Positions 1 to 9,554 of a stretch of DNA of 64,000 nt are shown here, piece after piece. The position numbers and the translations under genes were made by a program. The notes beneath the pieces were generated by a model. It worked only from the letters and a program-made list of their open reading frames with translations. It searched no databases and was not told where the DNA came from. Every line of letters begins with the position of its first letter. The first letter of the stretch is position 1. The stretch comes from an uncultured delta proteobacterium. Its GTDB lineage: Bacteria; Desulfobacterota; RBG-13-43-22. The stretch is taken from the NCBI GenBank assembly GCA_963790475.1, contig CAWBOS010000001.1, positions 128,001 through 192,000 of the forward strand, in the 5' to 3' direction.

Positions 1-335
1 GACCCATTCGGTTAACGGCGAAGGTGCCGACCGACACTTACTGGTCCGTATCCGGCTTTCAGGATAATACAGACAATTTTTTCGTTGTTAATGACAGGCA
101 GGTCAAGTCCAACCCCGTAGAAATCATTCTTGTCAGGCAGGGCAGGCAGGTTTCTGAAGCGGGCAATGCGCATATAGTGGTTTCACCAACCGACAGGGGC
201 ATACTGTTCGTCCGACATCTGCTCGTGAGCGATGATAAATACGCCGAACTCAAAATGATCCAGAACGAGTCTTATCTACAAATCGGTGATGCCCCGGGCT
301 CGCCAACTGTACCGACTAAAGAAAGAGAAAATTAG
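1..335 (+). CDS. 5'-partial hypothetical protein, DUF1254-like
   Basis: Frame is open from the window edge; YWSVSGFQDNTDNFFVVNDRQ resembles DUF1254-type proteins. Confidence 0.5.
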   Translation, partial: PIRLTAKVPTDTYWSVSGFQDNTDNFFVVNDRQVKSNPVEIILVRQGRQVSEAGNAHIVVSPTDRGILFVRHLLVSDDKYAELKMIQNESYLQIGDAPGSPTVPTKEREN

Positions 336-418
336 AACTCCCATGTTACCCATAACGTGGACAATCATAATTGAATATTTCAAATCGGTAATCGTTAGTC
401 GACGGGAAATATAAACCA

Positions 419-952
419 TTGGCAAACAAACCAGGGACCCCCATCCTAAATCTCTTGAACTTCTGGAATCGGGGTCACCCATTAAGGGATTCCTCTATAG
501 CGGTGCCCCAGCTCATCAAAGACGGACAGGCCCCAAAGTTAAAGTGGGCTGGACAGTGGAACTCAAGATATGGGTGGGATTTTTTACTGTATGTGGAGAA
601 ACTCGACAAAGATTCCGCACAGATCGTCCAATCCTGGGGGGAGTATAACACTTCAAAAATGAGTTGCCATTGTGAACCGGATTGGGCAAGGGTGCAAAAG
701 GCCAAAGCAACTTATCGTGAAGGGAAGGCGACAATTGAATTTATTACACCCAATCTTCAAAGTCGCATCTTTAAAAGGAAAATGCACACGTTGTCCGGGG
801 AAAACGAAGGATGGGTCAGTAACAACCCCAAAGGCCATGGATATTACGACTTTTCTTATACAGTCAAAAAGAACGAGCCTAATATCATGAAAGGACATTT
901 CATAAGCGGGAAAAACAGTCATCTATTTATTGAAACGAAAAGGATTGATTAG
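419..952 (+). pseudogene. Chimeric hypothetical ORF; N-terminus contains an atuA-derived fragment
   Basis: 486-530 matches 28567-28611 (atuA) at 41/45 nt and follows the GGGGTC at 471; the remainder is unrelated. Confidence 0.5.
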
Positions 953-954
953 TA

Positions 955-1085
955 CGGGGGTTGGGATCAATGCTTAAACCATGACAATTTGAATTATTTA
1001 ATCCGGGGCGTTCTTGAATCGGCCCATTGCTAACCCTGTAGACCCTCGAAGCACCGAACCATCAGGCCACACAACCGACGGGCCC
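955..1085 (+). repeat. Repeat family A copy 1 (3'-truncated, no promoter module)
   Basis: CTTAAACCATGACAATTTGAATTATTTAATCCGGGGCG...GCACCGAACCATCAGGCCAC; another GGGGTC follows at 1095. Confidence 0.9.
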
Positions 1086-1243
1086 TTTTGAAAGGGGGTC
1101 GGGCCACGAGAACAAAATGAACTTACCTGGGATATTGAAAAATTTTCCCCTTTAAATAAGCCTGTAATGAGCTTTTTGAGACAAAAAAAGACAGTTTTCT
1201 CCCGGCCAAAGGAAGAGAAGTCATGGTTGGCGACAAACAGAAA

Positions 1244-2773
1244 TTAAAACCTGTTCTTTTCGGCTGCCGCCCTTTTCCTGGCGATCTGGCCGAAGGCCCA
1301 GGCCTCGGGATAATTGCTTCCCCCTTGATAGAGGAAACCAAAGAATGATCCCAGTTCCCCGGCGGCGTACAGTCCGGGAATTGGCCTGCCGTCGAAATCC
1401 AATACCTGACAGTCACCGTTATGCTTGGGGCCTCCCTGGGTATTTACCAGCGTAAGCCCCAGTTCAACGGCATAATAGGGAGGCGTCTCCAGGGGGGCCA
1501 AAGAGTTTTCTTTTCGGCCGAATTGCGGATCGCGGTTGTCCCGACAGGCGCGATTGAAATCGCGGATCGTTTCTTCCAAGGCACCCGCGTCCGCCCCGAT
1601 CAGGCCGGCTAGGTCGGCTATCTTGTCCGTCTGGAATATCCAGCCTTTGTCGATCTCGGCCAGATTGTCGCTGCTCCAGTCGTAAATCCCGTGGACCAGG
1701 CTGTAACCGACCGGTCCTTCCCATACCTTCTGAATCTGTTCCCGCGTACTGGCAACGGGCCCCCGGCGCCGATAGGCCTCATCAAAGATCATGAAGGCGG
1801 GCAGATTGCGGTATTCCGCGCGTTCGTGGTCAAAGGACAGGATCTCCAAAGGCGCCTTGCGATGAACGAGGTTGGTGTTCTCGGCCATGAATCTTTTCCC
1901 GTATCGGTTAACGAACATGAAGCTGCCCTCCGGCATCGTTATGCCCAAACCGGCTCCCACCGCTGTCCCGAAGGCCTGGCTTGGCTTTTTGGCGCATAGG
2001 GCGCCCCACTCTATCGAGGCCATGTGCCAGAGGGCGGCCCCGGCCTCGGAAGCCAGCTTAATCCCGTCACCGGTGTTTCCCGGTGTCCCCCAGGGGAAAA
2101 TGTAATTCGTCGCCCCGGGAAAATTGAAGTCGGCCAGCATGGACGGATTGTATTCGTATCCGCCACAGGCCAGAATAACTCCCTTGCGGGCCATTATGGT
2201 TATATCCCGTCCATTTTGTCGGGCTTTCAGGCCTCTGACTTCATGGCTTCGCTTGTCCTGGATCAGCTCCCGGGCCTCGGTATTCATCAGAACTTGGATC
2301 TTCTTCTTTTGCACCAGGTTATCCAGAAACTGAAACCCTTTCTGCCCGGTCGGGCTGAAGCGGATGAGCTGAAGTTTTCTGCTCAGAAAGGCGGGAAAAT
2401 AGGTAGGCAACATGGCCCGGATTTTGAACTCCGCTCCCAGTTCGGCCAACAAACGGGGGATCCCCACCATAGCCTCGGCAAAGACACGGATCATCGCCTC
2501 ATCCACTGTGCCGAAAGAAAGGGCGCGGTAATAATTCACGGCCTCCTCGAGGTCATCCGGGATCAGCATGGCCCCGGCACAGACCCCGCTGTTTCCTCCC
2601 GGATATCCTAATTTTTCCATGATCAGCACCTGCGCCCCGGCCTGGTGGGCAGCCAGAGCGGCATTGGCCCCGGCCGCTCCGTACCCGACAATCAGTACAT
2701 CCGTTTTATGGTCGACCGCCCCGGTCAGGGGACCCGTATTCTCCAGGTATTTGTTGTTTCCTTTTTCCGGCAT
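1244..2773 (-). CDS. FAD-binding oxidoreductase (fumarate reductase flavoprotein / 3-ketosteroid dehydrogenase-like family)
   Basis: DVLIVGYGAAG, GGNSGVCAG, GNTGDG, TQGGP, IPGLYAAGE motifs. Confidence 0.88.
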   Translation of the reverse strand: MPEKGNNKYLENTGPLTGAVDHKTDVLIVGYGAAGANAALAAHQAGAQVLIMEKLGYPGGNSGVCAGAMLIPDDLEEAVNYYRALSFGTVDEAMIRVFAEAMVGIPRLLAELGAEFKIRAMLPTYFPAFLSRKLQLIRFSPTGQKGFQFLDNLVQKKKIQVLMNTEARELIQDKRSHEVRGLKARQNGRDITIMARKGVILACGGYEYNPSMLADFNFPGATNYIFPWGTPGNTGDGIKLASEAGAALWHMASIEWGALCAKKPSQAFGTAVGAGLGITMPEGSFMFVNRYGKRFMAENTNLVHRKAPLEILSFDHERAEYRNLPAFMIFDEAYRRRGPVASTREQIQKVWEGPVGYSLVHGIYDWSSDNLAEIDKGWIFQTDKIADLAGLIGADAGALEETIRDFNRACRDNRDPQFGRKENSLAPLETPPYYAVELGLTLVNTQGGPKHNGDCQVLDFDGRPIPGLYAAGELGSFFGFLYQGGSNYPEAWAFGQIARKRAAAEKNRF

Positions 2774-2898
2774 TCTCTCCTCCTTGGGAAAATAGCTTCA
2801 TCGCGGCTGATCCCATTTTTCTCCGACTCACAAAATTCCGGGGAGCCGGATCAGCAGCCGGATGGTCAATTTATGAAAACTCCTTGATAAGAATTTCC

Positions 2899-2941
2899 TT
2901 TCTGATGAAGAGAATATAAGGGAAAGAAAAGAGATGGTCAA
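2899..2941 (-). promoter_or_regulatory. Promoter module (TTGACC-17-TATATT) upstream of the FAD oxidoreductase
   Basis: Minus strand reads TTGACC atctcttttctttccct TATATT ctcttcatcagaaa, the same layout as the 3' end of repeats A/B. Confidence 0.65.
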
Positions 2942-3190
2942 ACAGAAAAAAATGTGGTTTGATAGGCGCGGGGTAACGGAGTCGGGCACAAAAACTAATT
3001 GTCCTGGGAGGGATTAAAGCTATCTGTGCCCTCTATGAATAATATAAAAAGAGAAAAGTAAAAAGGTAAAGGCGGGTTTCCGGCCCGGGGGAGAAATCAG
3101 GGAAGAAGACCATGAGTATCAGATAAGGAATCAGCAGTTATCAGGCCCGACCCTGGAACCGACTGGTTACCATCATAACCTGGAGATCCT

Positions 3191-4681
3191 ATGACTAAAA
3201 ATATCAGCGAACAATTGCAGCCTATTTTCAACGCGAGATCGGTGGCCGTGATCGGGGCTTCGAGTGCTCCCTTCAAGTGGGGTGCGCAAACGGTTCATCG
3301 GCTGATCAACTTTGGCTTCCATGGAGCCGTTTATCCCATCCATCCTAAGGAGAAGGACATTCAGGGACTCAGGGCCTACCCTTCGGTGCTGGACGTAAAG
3401 GAGTGCATCGATCTGGCGGTGATAACCGTGCCGGCGGAACGGGTCCCCCGGTCGATAAAAGAGTGTGTAAAAAAGGGGATCAGGGGCGCCATCATTATTT
3501 CGGCGGATTTCGCGGAAACCGGTGCGCGCGGTCGCGCTCTCCAGGAGGAAACCACGGAAATCGCACGGCAAGGAGGTCTCCGATTCGTGGGACCGAATTG
3601 TTTCGGACTTTTTAATTCCTCCAATGGTTTAAATACCCTTCCGACGGTTCCGGCCAAGGGAGAGATCGGTTTTATCTCTCAGAGCGGTTCCCTGGTGCAC
3701 ATGGTCGCCAGCGTCGCCTCAGCCAAAGGGTATGGGTTTAGTAAGCTGGTCAGCGCGGGGAATCAGGCCGACCTGGACGTCGCCGATTACCTGGAGTTTA
3801 TGGGGGAAGACCCGGAAACAAAATCCATCGTTATCTACCTGGAGGGTTTCAAAGACGGACGGAAATTCCTGAAGGTCGCCAGAGAAATCGCCGCTAAAAA
3901 GCCGGTCGTTATTTACAAGGCCGGGCGCCATCCCGGCAGCAATCGCGTATCCATGTCTCATACCGCCAATATGACCGGAGAGGACCGGGTCTTCGAAGCC
4001 ATGTGCCGCCAGGCCGGACTCATCAGGGCCAACACGCTGCAGGCCACTATGGATATGGCGGCCATATTGACCAAACAGCCCTCCCCCCATGGAAACCGGA
4101 TCGGGATTCAGGGGACCGGCGGCCAGTGCATGATTTTGACGGATACCTGCCTTTCTCTGGGCCTGGAAGTTCCGGAACTATCCGATGAAGAGGCGGAACA
4201 GGTGATATCCGGAATCGATTTTCCGGCCCATGCTCCGTTTCCCAGAAATCCGATTGACTTTGCCGGCAGTCATACGGCCCTGATGGATGCGACCGTCATT
4301 AATAACCTGGCCCGGCTGGACAAGATCGACGCCATCATTTCCTATCGGCCGGTCACCTTTCACCGTGAGTCAAGTGATTCTCCGGAACAGGTCGAGGAGA
4401 TGGACCGGAAAGTCGGAGAGTTATTGGCTGAAGCCCCCTGGAAATATGGGAAACCCCTGATTCTCATCGGCTTTGATCAGGCCATTAAAAACGAGGTGTT
4501 GCGGGGAAGTGAAATAATCGATCAGGCCTTAAAAGAGGCGGGCATATTGAGTTTCCTGACTCTGGAAGATGCGGCCGGGGCCATGCAGGCCCTGGTGAGC
4601 TATGCAAACATTAAAAGTAGAAATCGGGGACCAGACCAAGGGATTAAATTTTCAAAGAATTATACAAGAAGTGATGGGTAA
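3191..4681 (+). CDS. Acetate/acyl-CoA ligase (ADP-forming) alpha subunit, CoA-binding protein
   Basis: SVAVIGAS, GPNCFG, SQSG, SAGNQAD, SHT phospho-His motif, NPID. Confidence 0.9.
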   Translation: MTKNISEQLQPIFNARSVAVIGASSAPFKWGAQTVHRLINFGFHGAVYPIHPKEKDIQGLRAYPSVLDVKECIDLAVITVPAERVPRSIKECVKKGIRGAIIISADFAETGARGRALQEETTEIARQGGLRFVGPNCFGLFNSSNGLNTLPTVPAKGEIGFISQSGSLVHMVASVASAKGYGFSKLVSAGNQADLDVADYLEFMGEDPETKSIVIYLEGFKDGRKFLKVAREIAAKKPVVIYKAGRHPGSNRVSMSHTANMTGEDRVFEAMCRQAGLIRANTLQATMDMAAILTKQPSPHGNRIGIQGTGGQCMILTDTCLSLGLEVPELSDEEAEQVISGIDFPAHAPFPRNPIDFAGSHTALMDATVINNLARLDKIDAIISYRPVTFHRESSDSPEQVEEMDRKVGELLAEAPWKYGKPLILIGFDQAIKNEVLRGSEIIDQALKEAGILSFLTLEDAAGAMQALVSYANIKSRNRGPDQGIKFSKNYTRSDG

Positions 4682-4689
4682 AAGAGACC
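4652..4689 (+). repeat. Short repeat family C copy 1
   Basis: 34/38 nt identical to 12895-12932; both copies lie at gene 3' ends. Confidence 0.75.
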
Positions 4690-4755
4690 TTAAGCCGGCT
4701 TTTTATCCCCAAAAAGAAGCCTTTAAGAGGAATACCGATTCTGTGCAGAGGTAGG

Positions 4756-4776
4756 GGGTCAGGTTCAGAATCTTGC
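4756..4776 (+). repeat. 21-bp junction repeat GGGTCAGGTTCAGAATCTTGC
   Basis: Exact copy at 25279-25299. Confidence 0.8.
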
Positions 4777-4971
4777 ATACTCTAACGTATTAAAGGGGAA
4801 CACCGGGGTAGCAGGTTGATCTTTAAAAGACTGGGCATCCGACCTGGATTCCGGCAGAACTCTATAGAGGGACCCGGCAGCATGTTATAGGGACCAGAAA
4901 GCAACATTCCGCATCTTATGTGGATCCATCTAATTAATGTCGGCTGCCAAAAGAAGGGGAGATAGAACATC

Positions 4972-5565
4972 ATGTCCATCATTTCTGCATGCATTCTCCT
5001 GTTTATGGTGATGGATCCATTCGGGAACACACCTTTCTTCCTGAGTGTTCTCAAAACCGTCCCAAAGGAAAGGCGAAAAAGAGTAATCACCAGAGAACTC
5101 CTGATCGCCTTGCTCATTCTGATGGCGTTCTTTTTTTTAGGCCCATATTTTCTGGGGGTACTGCAGATCTCCGAGTCTTCCCTACGTATTTCAGGTGGTA
5201 TTGTTCTGTTCTTGATCGCAATCAAGATGATATTTGGCGGAACACAAGAAATGTTCAAGGGCACTCCGGAGGGGGAACCCTTGATCGTGCCACTGGCAGT
5301 TCCTGCCATAGCCGGTCCCTCAACGGTGGCTACTATTCTTCTCCTCGTGGCGCAAGAACCGAGCCGTTGGCCGGAGTGGTTGCTATCTCTGTGCCTGGCG
5401 TGGTTGAGCACTGCGTTAATTCTGCTGTCTTCGACAGAACTCGCCAGACTCTTGGGTGAAAGAGGCCTGACTGCGATCGAACGGCTGATGGGACTCCTCC
5501 TGACGGCAATTTCCGTCGAAATGTTTCTGCAAGGAATTCGTCCATTTCTCGGTTCGCATGTTTAA
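4972..5565 (+). CDS. MarC family membrane protein
   Basis: MDPFGN, ISGGIVLFLIA, VPLAVPAIAGP, ERLMGLLL motifs. Confidence 0.93.
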   Translation: MSIISACILLFMVMDPFGNTPFFLSVLKTVPKERRKRVITRELLIALLILMAFFFLGPYFLGVLQISESSLRISGGIVLFLIAIKMIFGGTQEMFKGTPEGEPLIVPLAVPAIAGPSTVATILLLVAQEPSRWPEWLLSLCLAWLSTALILLSSTELARLLGERGLTAIERLMGLLLTAISVEMFLQGIRPFLGSHV

Positions 5566-5594
5566 GTGAACATGCCAACCAAGAGTTGCCCAAG

Positions 5595-5850
5595 TGGAGA
5601 AGGCCATGGGGTCTCGGGGGCAAATTTTAAACCATGACAATTTGAATCATATAATCCGGGGCGTTGTTGAATTGGTATATTGCGAACCCTTAAGACCCCC
5701 AGAGCACCGAACCGTCCGGCCACGCCACCAACGATTCAAAGAATGGTTTTCGATTCCTGCCTGAATGAAGAAGACGCCCTCCGTCCCTTTGGCTTTGCCT
5801 TATTTTTCCCCTTGATTCTGTCTTTTTCTTGATTTAAACTCCTATCATCA
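5595..5850 (+). repeat. Repeat family A copy 2 with promoter TTGATT(5812)-17-TAAACT(5835)
   Basis: GGGGTCTCGGGGGCAAATTTTAAACCATGACAATTTG... through the promoter module. Confidence 0.9.
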
Positions 5851-5881
5851 ATCTTATCAATTCTTATCTACAGTATATTGG

Positions 5882-6148
5882 ATGTTCGGACCCCAAAAAA
5901 ACATCACCGTTAAAATAAAACTCTATGGGGGTCTGGACCGACTCGCTAAAACAGATCACTACGACCCGGAGGCGGGAATTGAGATCCAAATAAAGCAGGG
6001 TGCCCGGCTGAAAAAAGTATTTGAAAAAATCGGTCTGAGCCGGCGCGAATCTGTTGTTTGTTTTGTCAACGGCAAAAACGTCGGTTTTGACGAAAAGCTT
6101 ATGAACAATGATGTTATTTTTTTCATGCGACCCGCATCCGGCGGTTAA
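5882..6148 (+). CDS. MoaD/ThiS family sulfur carrier
   Basis: VKIKLYG start, VNG motif, C-terminal PASGG; adjacent to AOR. Confidence 0.9.
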   Translation: MFGPQKNITVKIKLYGGLDRLAKTDHYDPEAGIEIQIKQGARLKKVFEKIGLSRRESVVCFVNGKNVGFDEKLMNNDVIFFMRPASGG

Positions 6149-6325
6149 CCAGTTTCCATCCGGTAATGGCCTTCTTACCAATAAGCTGTGCTCTCCGCGG
6201 GGAGGAGCAAAAGCGTTGCATACATACGGCAGTCTGTGAGCATTTTGAGCCGACCCCCAATCCGCTGAGGGCGGACCATGGTTATTTAGATACATTTTTG
6301 AGGTTCTCATAACCACTTAGGAGGT

Positions 6326-8296
6326 GTGACGATGTCTGGAGGCTATGTAGGCAAGTATGCTGTTGTTGATTTGTCATCCGGAGCGACGGATATCGTCAAG
6401 TTGTCTGACGATTTTTATCAAAGGTTTCTGACAGGATATGGTCTGGGGGCGGCGGTTATCACCGAACGTCAGAAAGCCGGTATCGATCCGCTTTCACCGG
6501 ATGCTCACCTGGGTTTTTGCTCGGGTCTTTTAACCGGGACAGGGGCGCCTTTTTCAGGCCGGTTCATGGTGGTCGGCAAATCGCCCCTGACCGGCGGCTG
6601 GGGGGATGCGAACTGCGGCGGTCACCTGTCGCGCGAGATCAAGCGGGCCGGTTTTGATGCTGTTTTTTTCACCGGCTGCGCCGATAAACCGGTCTGGGTC
6701 AACATCAATGATCAGGGTGTAGTGATCAAAGACGCGGCAGACCTATGGGGCAAAGACACCGTTGAAACCGAAGAAAAAATTATAAGGCAACTTGGGGATA
6801 AAAAGGTTCGGGTGGCGGCAATCGGGGTGGCCGGAGAGAAGCTTTCCTTAATTTCCGGCGTGGTGACCGAGGGCGGCAGAATTGCCGCCCGCTCAGGCCT
6901 GGGGGCGGTCATGGGCAGCAAAAAGCTGAAAGCGGTCGCTTTCAGTGGCAGCAAAGAGATCCCGGTGGCCCGACCCCAGAGCGTCAAGGACCTGACGTCG
7001 CGATACCTGTCGGATTTTAAGAGAAAGCCGCGACTGATGGACAAAATAAGCATCCGGTTCCTTGATGGTGTCAGCAAAATAATTTCCAAAACCGGTATCC
7101 GCTTTCCGGCCGAACCCGGCACGGTCAGGGAACTCTGGAGCCGCTGGGGCACCTGCGGTCTGACGGTCTATTCGGCCCTGATCGGGGATATGCCTATTCG
7201 CAACTGGGACGGTGCCGGATATGTCGACTACACTTTTGAGATGGCCGACCGGGTATCGGGCGAAAAGGTCATCAAGCAGCAAAAGCGAAAATATGCCTGC
7301 CAGAGCTGTCCGATGGGTTGCGGCGGCCTTATCGATATCGAGGCCGGCCGCTACCAGGGGACCACCGGCCACAAACCGGAATACGAAACAATGGCTGCTT
7401 TCGGGGGGCTGATCATGCACCATGATCTTGCGGCCATAATCGAGCTGAACGAGATGTGCAACCGCGCCGGCATCGACACGATTTCCGTGGGGGGAACGGT
7501 TGCCTTTGCGATCGAATGCTTTGAAAAAGGGCTCATCGACTCAAAGGCGGCCGGCGGACTCGATCTGGGCTGGGGCAAAACCGAAGCGATTGTAAAGCTG
7601 ACCGAGATGATTATCAACCGTGAAGGTTTGGGTGATCTATTGGCCGACGGCGTCAAAGCAGCTTCCGCGAAAATAGGAAACGGTTCGGAGGCCTTTGCCA
7701 TGCACGCCGGGGGTCAGGAGCTTCCCATGCACGATTCCCGGCTCGACCCCGGATATGCCATTGCCTACCAGTGCGAACCGACCCCCGGGCGCCACACCAT
7801 CGCCAGCTACCAGGATGCCGACCTACGGAGCGGAAAGAAACTATTTCCGGAGGTCCAACGCATGTTCAAGAGCGCCGACAACAAAGAAAGCAAAAAGATT
7901 GCGCTGCACACGGCCGCCAGCATATACGCGCAGCTGATCAACTGCAGCGGATTGTGCCTTTTAGGCGTAGACAGCCTGGATTACCCCATGGTCGAATATC
8001 TCAACGCCGTCACCGGTTGGGATCTTCCGGCGGATGAATATTTCAAGACCGGCCGCAGGATTCAGGCTCTGCGCAAGGCATTCAACCTGCGCGAAGGATT
8101 GCGACCAGGGGATGCAAAATTACACCCGCGCGCCCTGGGCAGTCCGCCACAAACCGCCGGGCCGCTCAAAGGCAAGACCATTGATCTCGATTCGCTGCAA
8201 GCCGTCTATTACCGGATTCTGGGATTTGATCCGGCCACCGGTGGTCCCACTCCGGAAACCCTGCAGGAGCTGGAAATAGATCACCTTTTTGCCTGA
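6326..8296 (+). CDS. Aldehyde:ferredoxin oxidoreductase family (tungsten pterin)
   Basis: KSPLTGG, ARSGLGAVMGSKKLKA, CQSCPMGC, PEYET, GIDTIS motifs. Confidence 0.95.
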   Translation: MTMSGGYVGKYAVVDLSSGATDIVKLSDDFYQRFLTGYGLGAAVITERQKAGIDPLSPDAHLGFCSGLLTGTGAPFSGRFMVVGKSPLTGGWGDANCGGHLSREIKRAGFDAVFFTGCADKPVWVNINDQGVVIKDAADLWGKDTVETEEKIIRQLGDKKVRVAAIGVAGEKLSLISGVVTEGGRIAARSGLGAVMGSKKLKAVAFSGSKEIPVARPQSVKDLTSRYLSDFKRKPRLMDKISIRFLDGVSKIISKTGIRFPAEPGTVRELWSRWGTCGLTVYSALIGDMPIRNWDGAGYVDYTFEMADRVSGEKVIKQQKRKYACQSCPMGCGGLIDIEAGRYQGTTGHKPEYETMAAFGGLIMHHDLAAIIELNEMCNRAGIDTISVGGTVAFAIECFEKGLIDSKAAGGLDLGWGKTEAIVKLTEMIINREGLGDLLADGVKAASAKIGNGSEAFAMHAGGQELPMHDSRLDPGYAIAYQCEPTPGRHTIASYQDADLRSGKKLFPEVQRMFKSADNKESKKIALHTAASIYAQLINCSGLCLLGVDSLDYPMVEYLNAVTGWDLPADEYFKTGRRIQALRKAFNLREGLRPGDAKLHPRALGSPPQTAGPLKGKTIDLDSLQAVYYRILGFDPATGGPTPETLQELEIDHLFA

Positions 8297-8548
8297 AAAC
8301 AGGCAGTCTTCAGGGCAGGCCAGAGTCAAGAGGAAAAGGTTCTCCGAAGCAAAAAGGAGAAATTTTTTCTCACATACTTTAAACCCGATAGAACTATCCC
8401 AAGGTCTCCAACGCCATTACCCTTGTTGAAATTTCAAAGGTTGATGTGTCAGCGATAACTTCACTGTACCGGCATGAGGACATAGGGGTTTTCTGAAGGA
8501 AACGGGCCTATGCAGATCCGGAGTTAACCTGCCGGATAAAGCACGACG

Positions 8549-9007
8549 GTGGATTCGGATATAAAAACCTCGAAAGACAGGATGATGATGCGGTTGAGCA
8601 AGCTGATCCTTTGCATGGCTTTTGTGGTGGTCGTGACCGTCGGCTGTGCAGACACTTCGACAGAAGTAAGAAAAATGGCCGCAGATCTCTATGCCAGGAG
8701 CAGCATACCGCAGCCAAAGCCCCCTTACGGGTTCAAATCTGACGGCTGTTCCTGCTTTCCCGATGGGGATTGGGTTGAGTGCTGCGTCGTACACGATCTG
8801 GACTACTGGATAGGCGGCACAAGCGAGGAAAGAGGGAATGCGGATGCAACACTTAAGAAGTGCGTCGCAGATAAAGGCCATCCAATTACCGCTGGCCTTA
8901 TGTACTACGGCGTCCGCATGGGTGGCGTCTGGTGGTTGCCAACCCCTTTTAGGTGGGGTTTCGGCTGGCCCTACCCGCAATCCGGCCCTCCGAGAAAGCC
9001 ATATTGA
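8549..9007 (+). CDS. Secreted/lipoprotein hypothetical with a phospholipase A2-like CCxxHDxxY motif
   Basis: Lipobox-like VTVGC; SDGCS...ECCVVHDLDY...AD motif; true start probably ~8582-8588. Confidence 0.6.
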   Translation: MDSDIKTSKDRMMMRLSKLILCMAFVVVVTVGCADTSTEVRKMAADLYARSSIPQPKPPYGFKSDGCSCFPDGDWVECCVVHDLDYWIGGTSEERGNADATLKKCVADKGHPITAGLMYYGVRMGGVWWLPTPFRWGFGWPYPQSGPPRKPY

Positions 9008-9237
9008 ACCAAATTCCTCTCCATTAAGGTAAAACATGACAAACCATGAGAAAGATCGAGATGCTTTTGATAAGTTAGCGGATGCCTGGAGAAGCCTTCC
9101 GGAGGACCGGCGAAAGCGGATATTTATAGCTCTTCCTGTCTGTGAGCCAAGTCGATTTTCGGATGTCCCTCCTGACCCTGAGGAGTTGAACTTTATCTAA
9201 GAAATCCTTTTTTTAGCACGGCAGTGCATTGACATAT

Positions 9238-9484
9238 GGGAGAAGGGTCAAGTTTACGTTTGACTTTTATTGTGGGGTCTCGAGGTCAGCCATTAAAAGG
9301 CCACGACAAAGTGGGGGAGGTCGGGTCTAGTTTCTTGACATTGTGCAAAAACCAGGGACAGCGCCCGTTTCTTCACCTCCCTTTCTTTTAATGGAGAAGA
9401 AGACGCCATTCGTCTCCTTATCTTTCGATTTGCTTTTCTCCTTGCCCCGGTCCTTTTGTTGCCTTATACTTTTCCCATTCAAAA
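9238..9484 (+). repeat. Repeat family B copy 1 with the shared 5' junction and promoter TTGCCC(9442)-17-TATACT(9465)
   Basis: 9332-9470 is near-identical to 16214-16351; 9238-9290 resembles 25338-25390 and 26278-26330. Confidence 0.9.
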
Positions 9485-9554
9485 CCTAGACTTCTCGGAT
9501 TTTCGGGAGACAGGTGTTTCAAAATTTTTAGTATTAACTGGAGAGGAAAAACCA

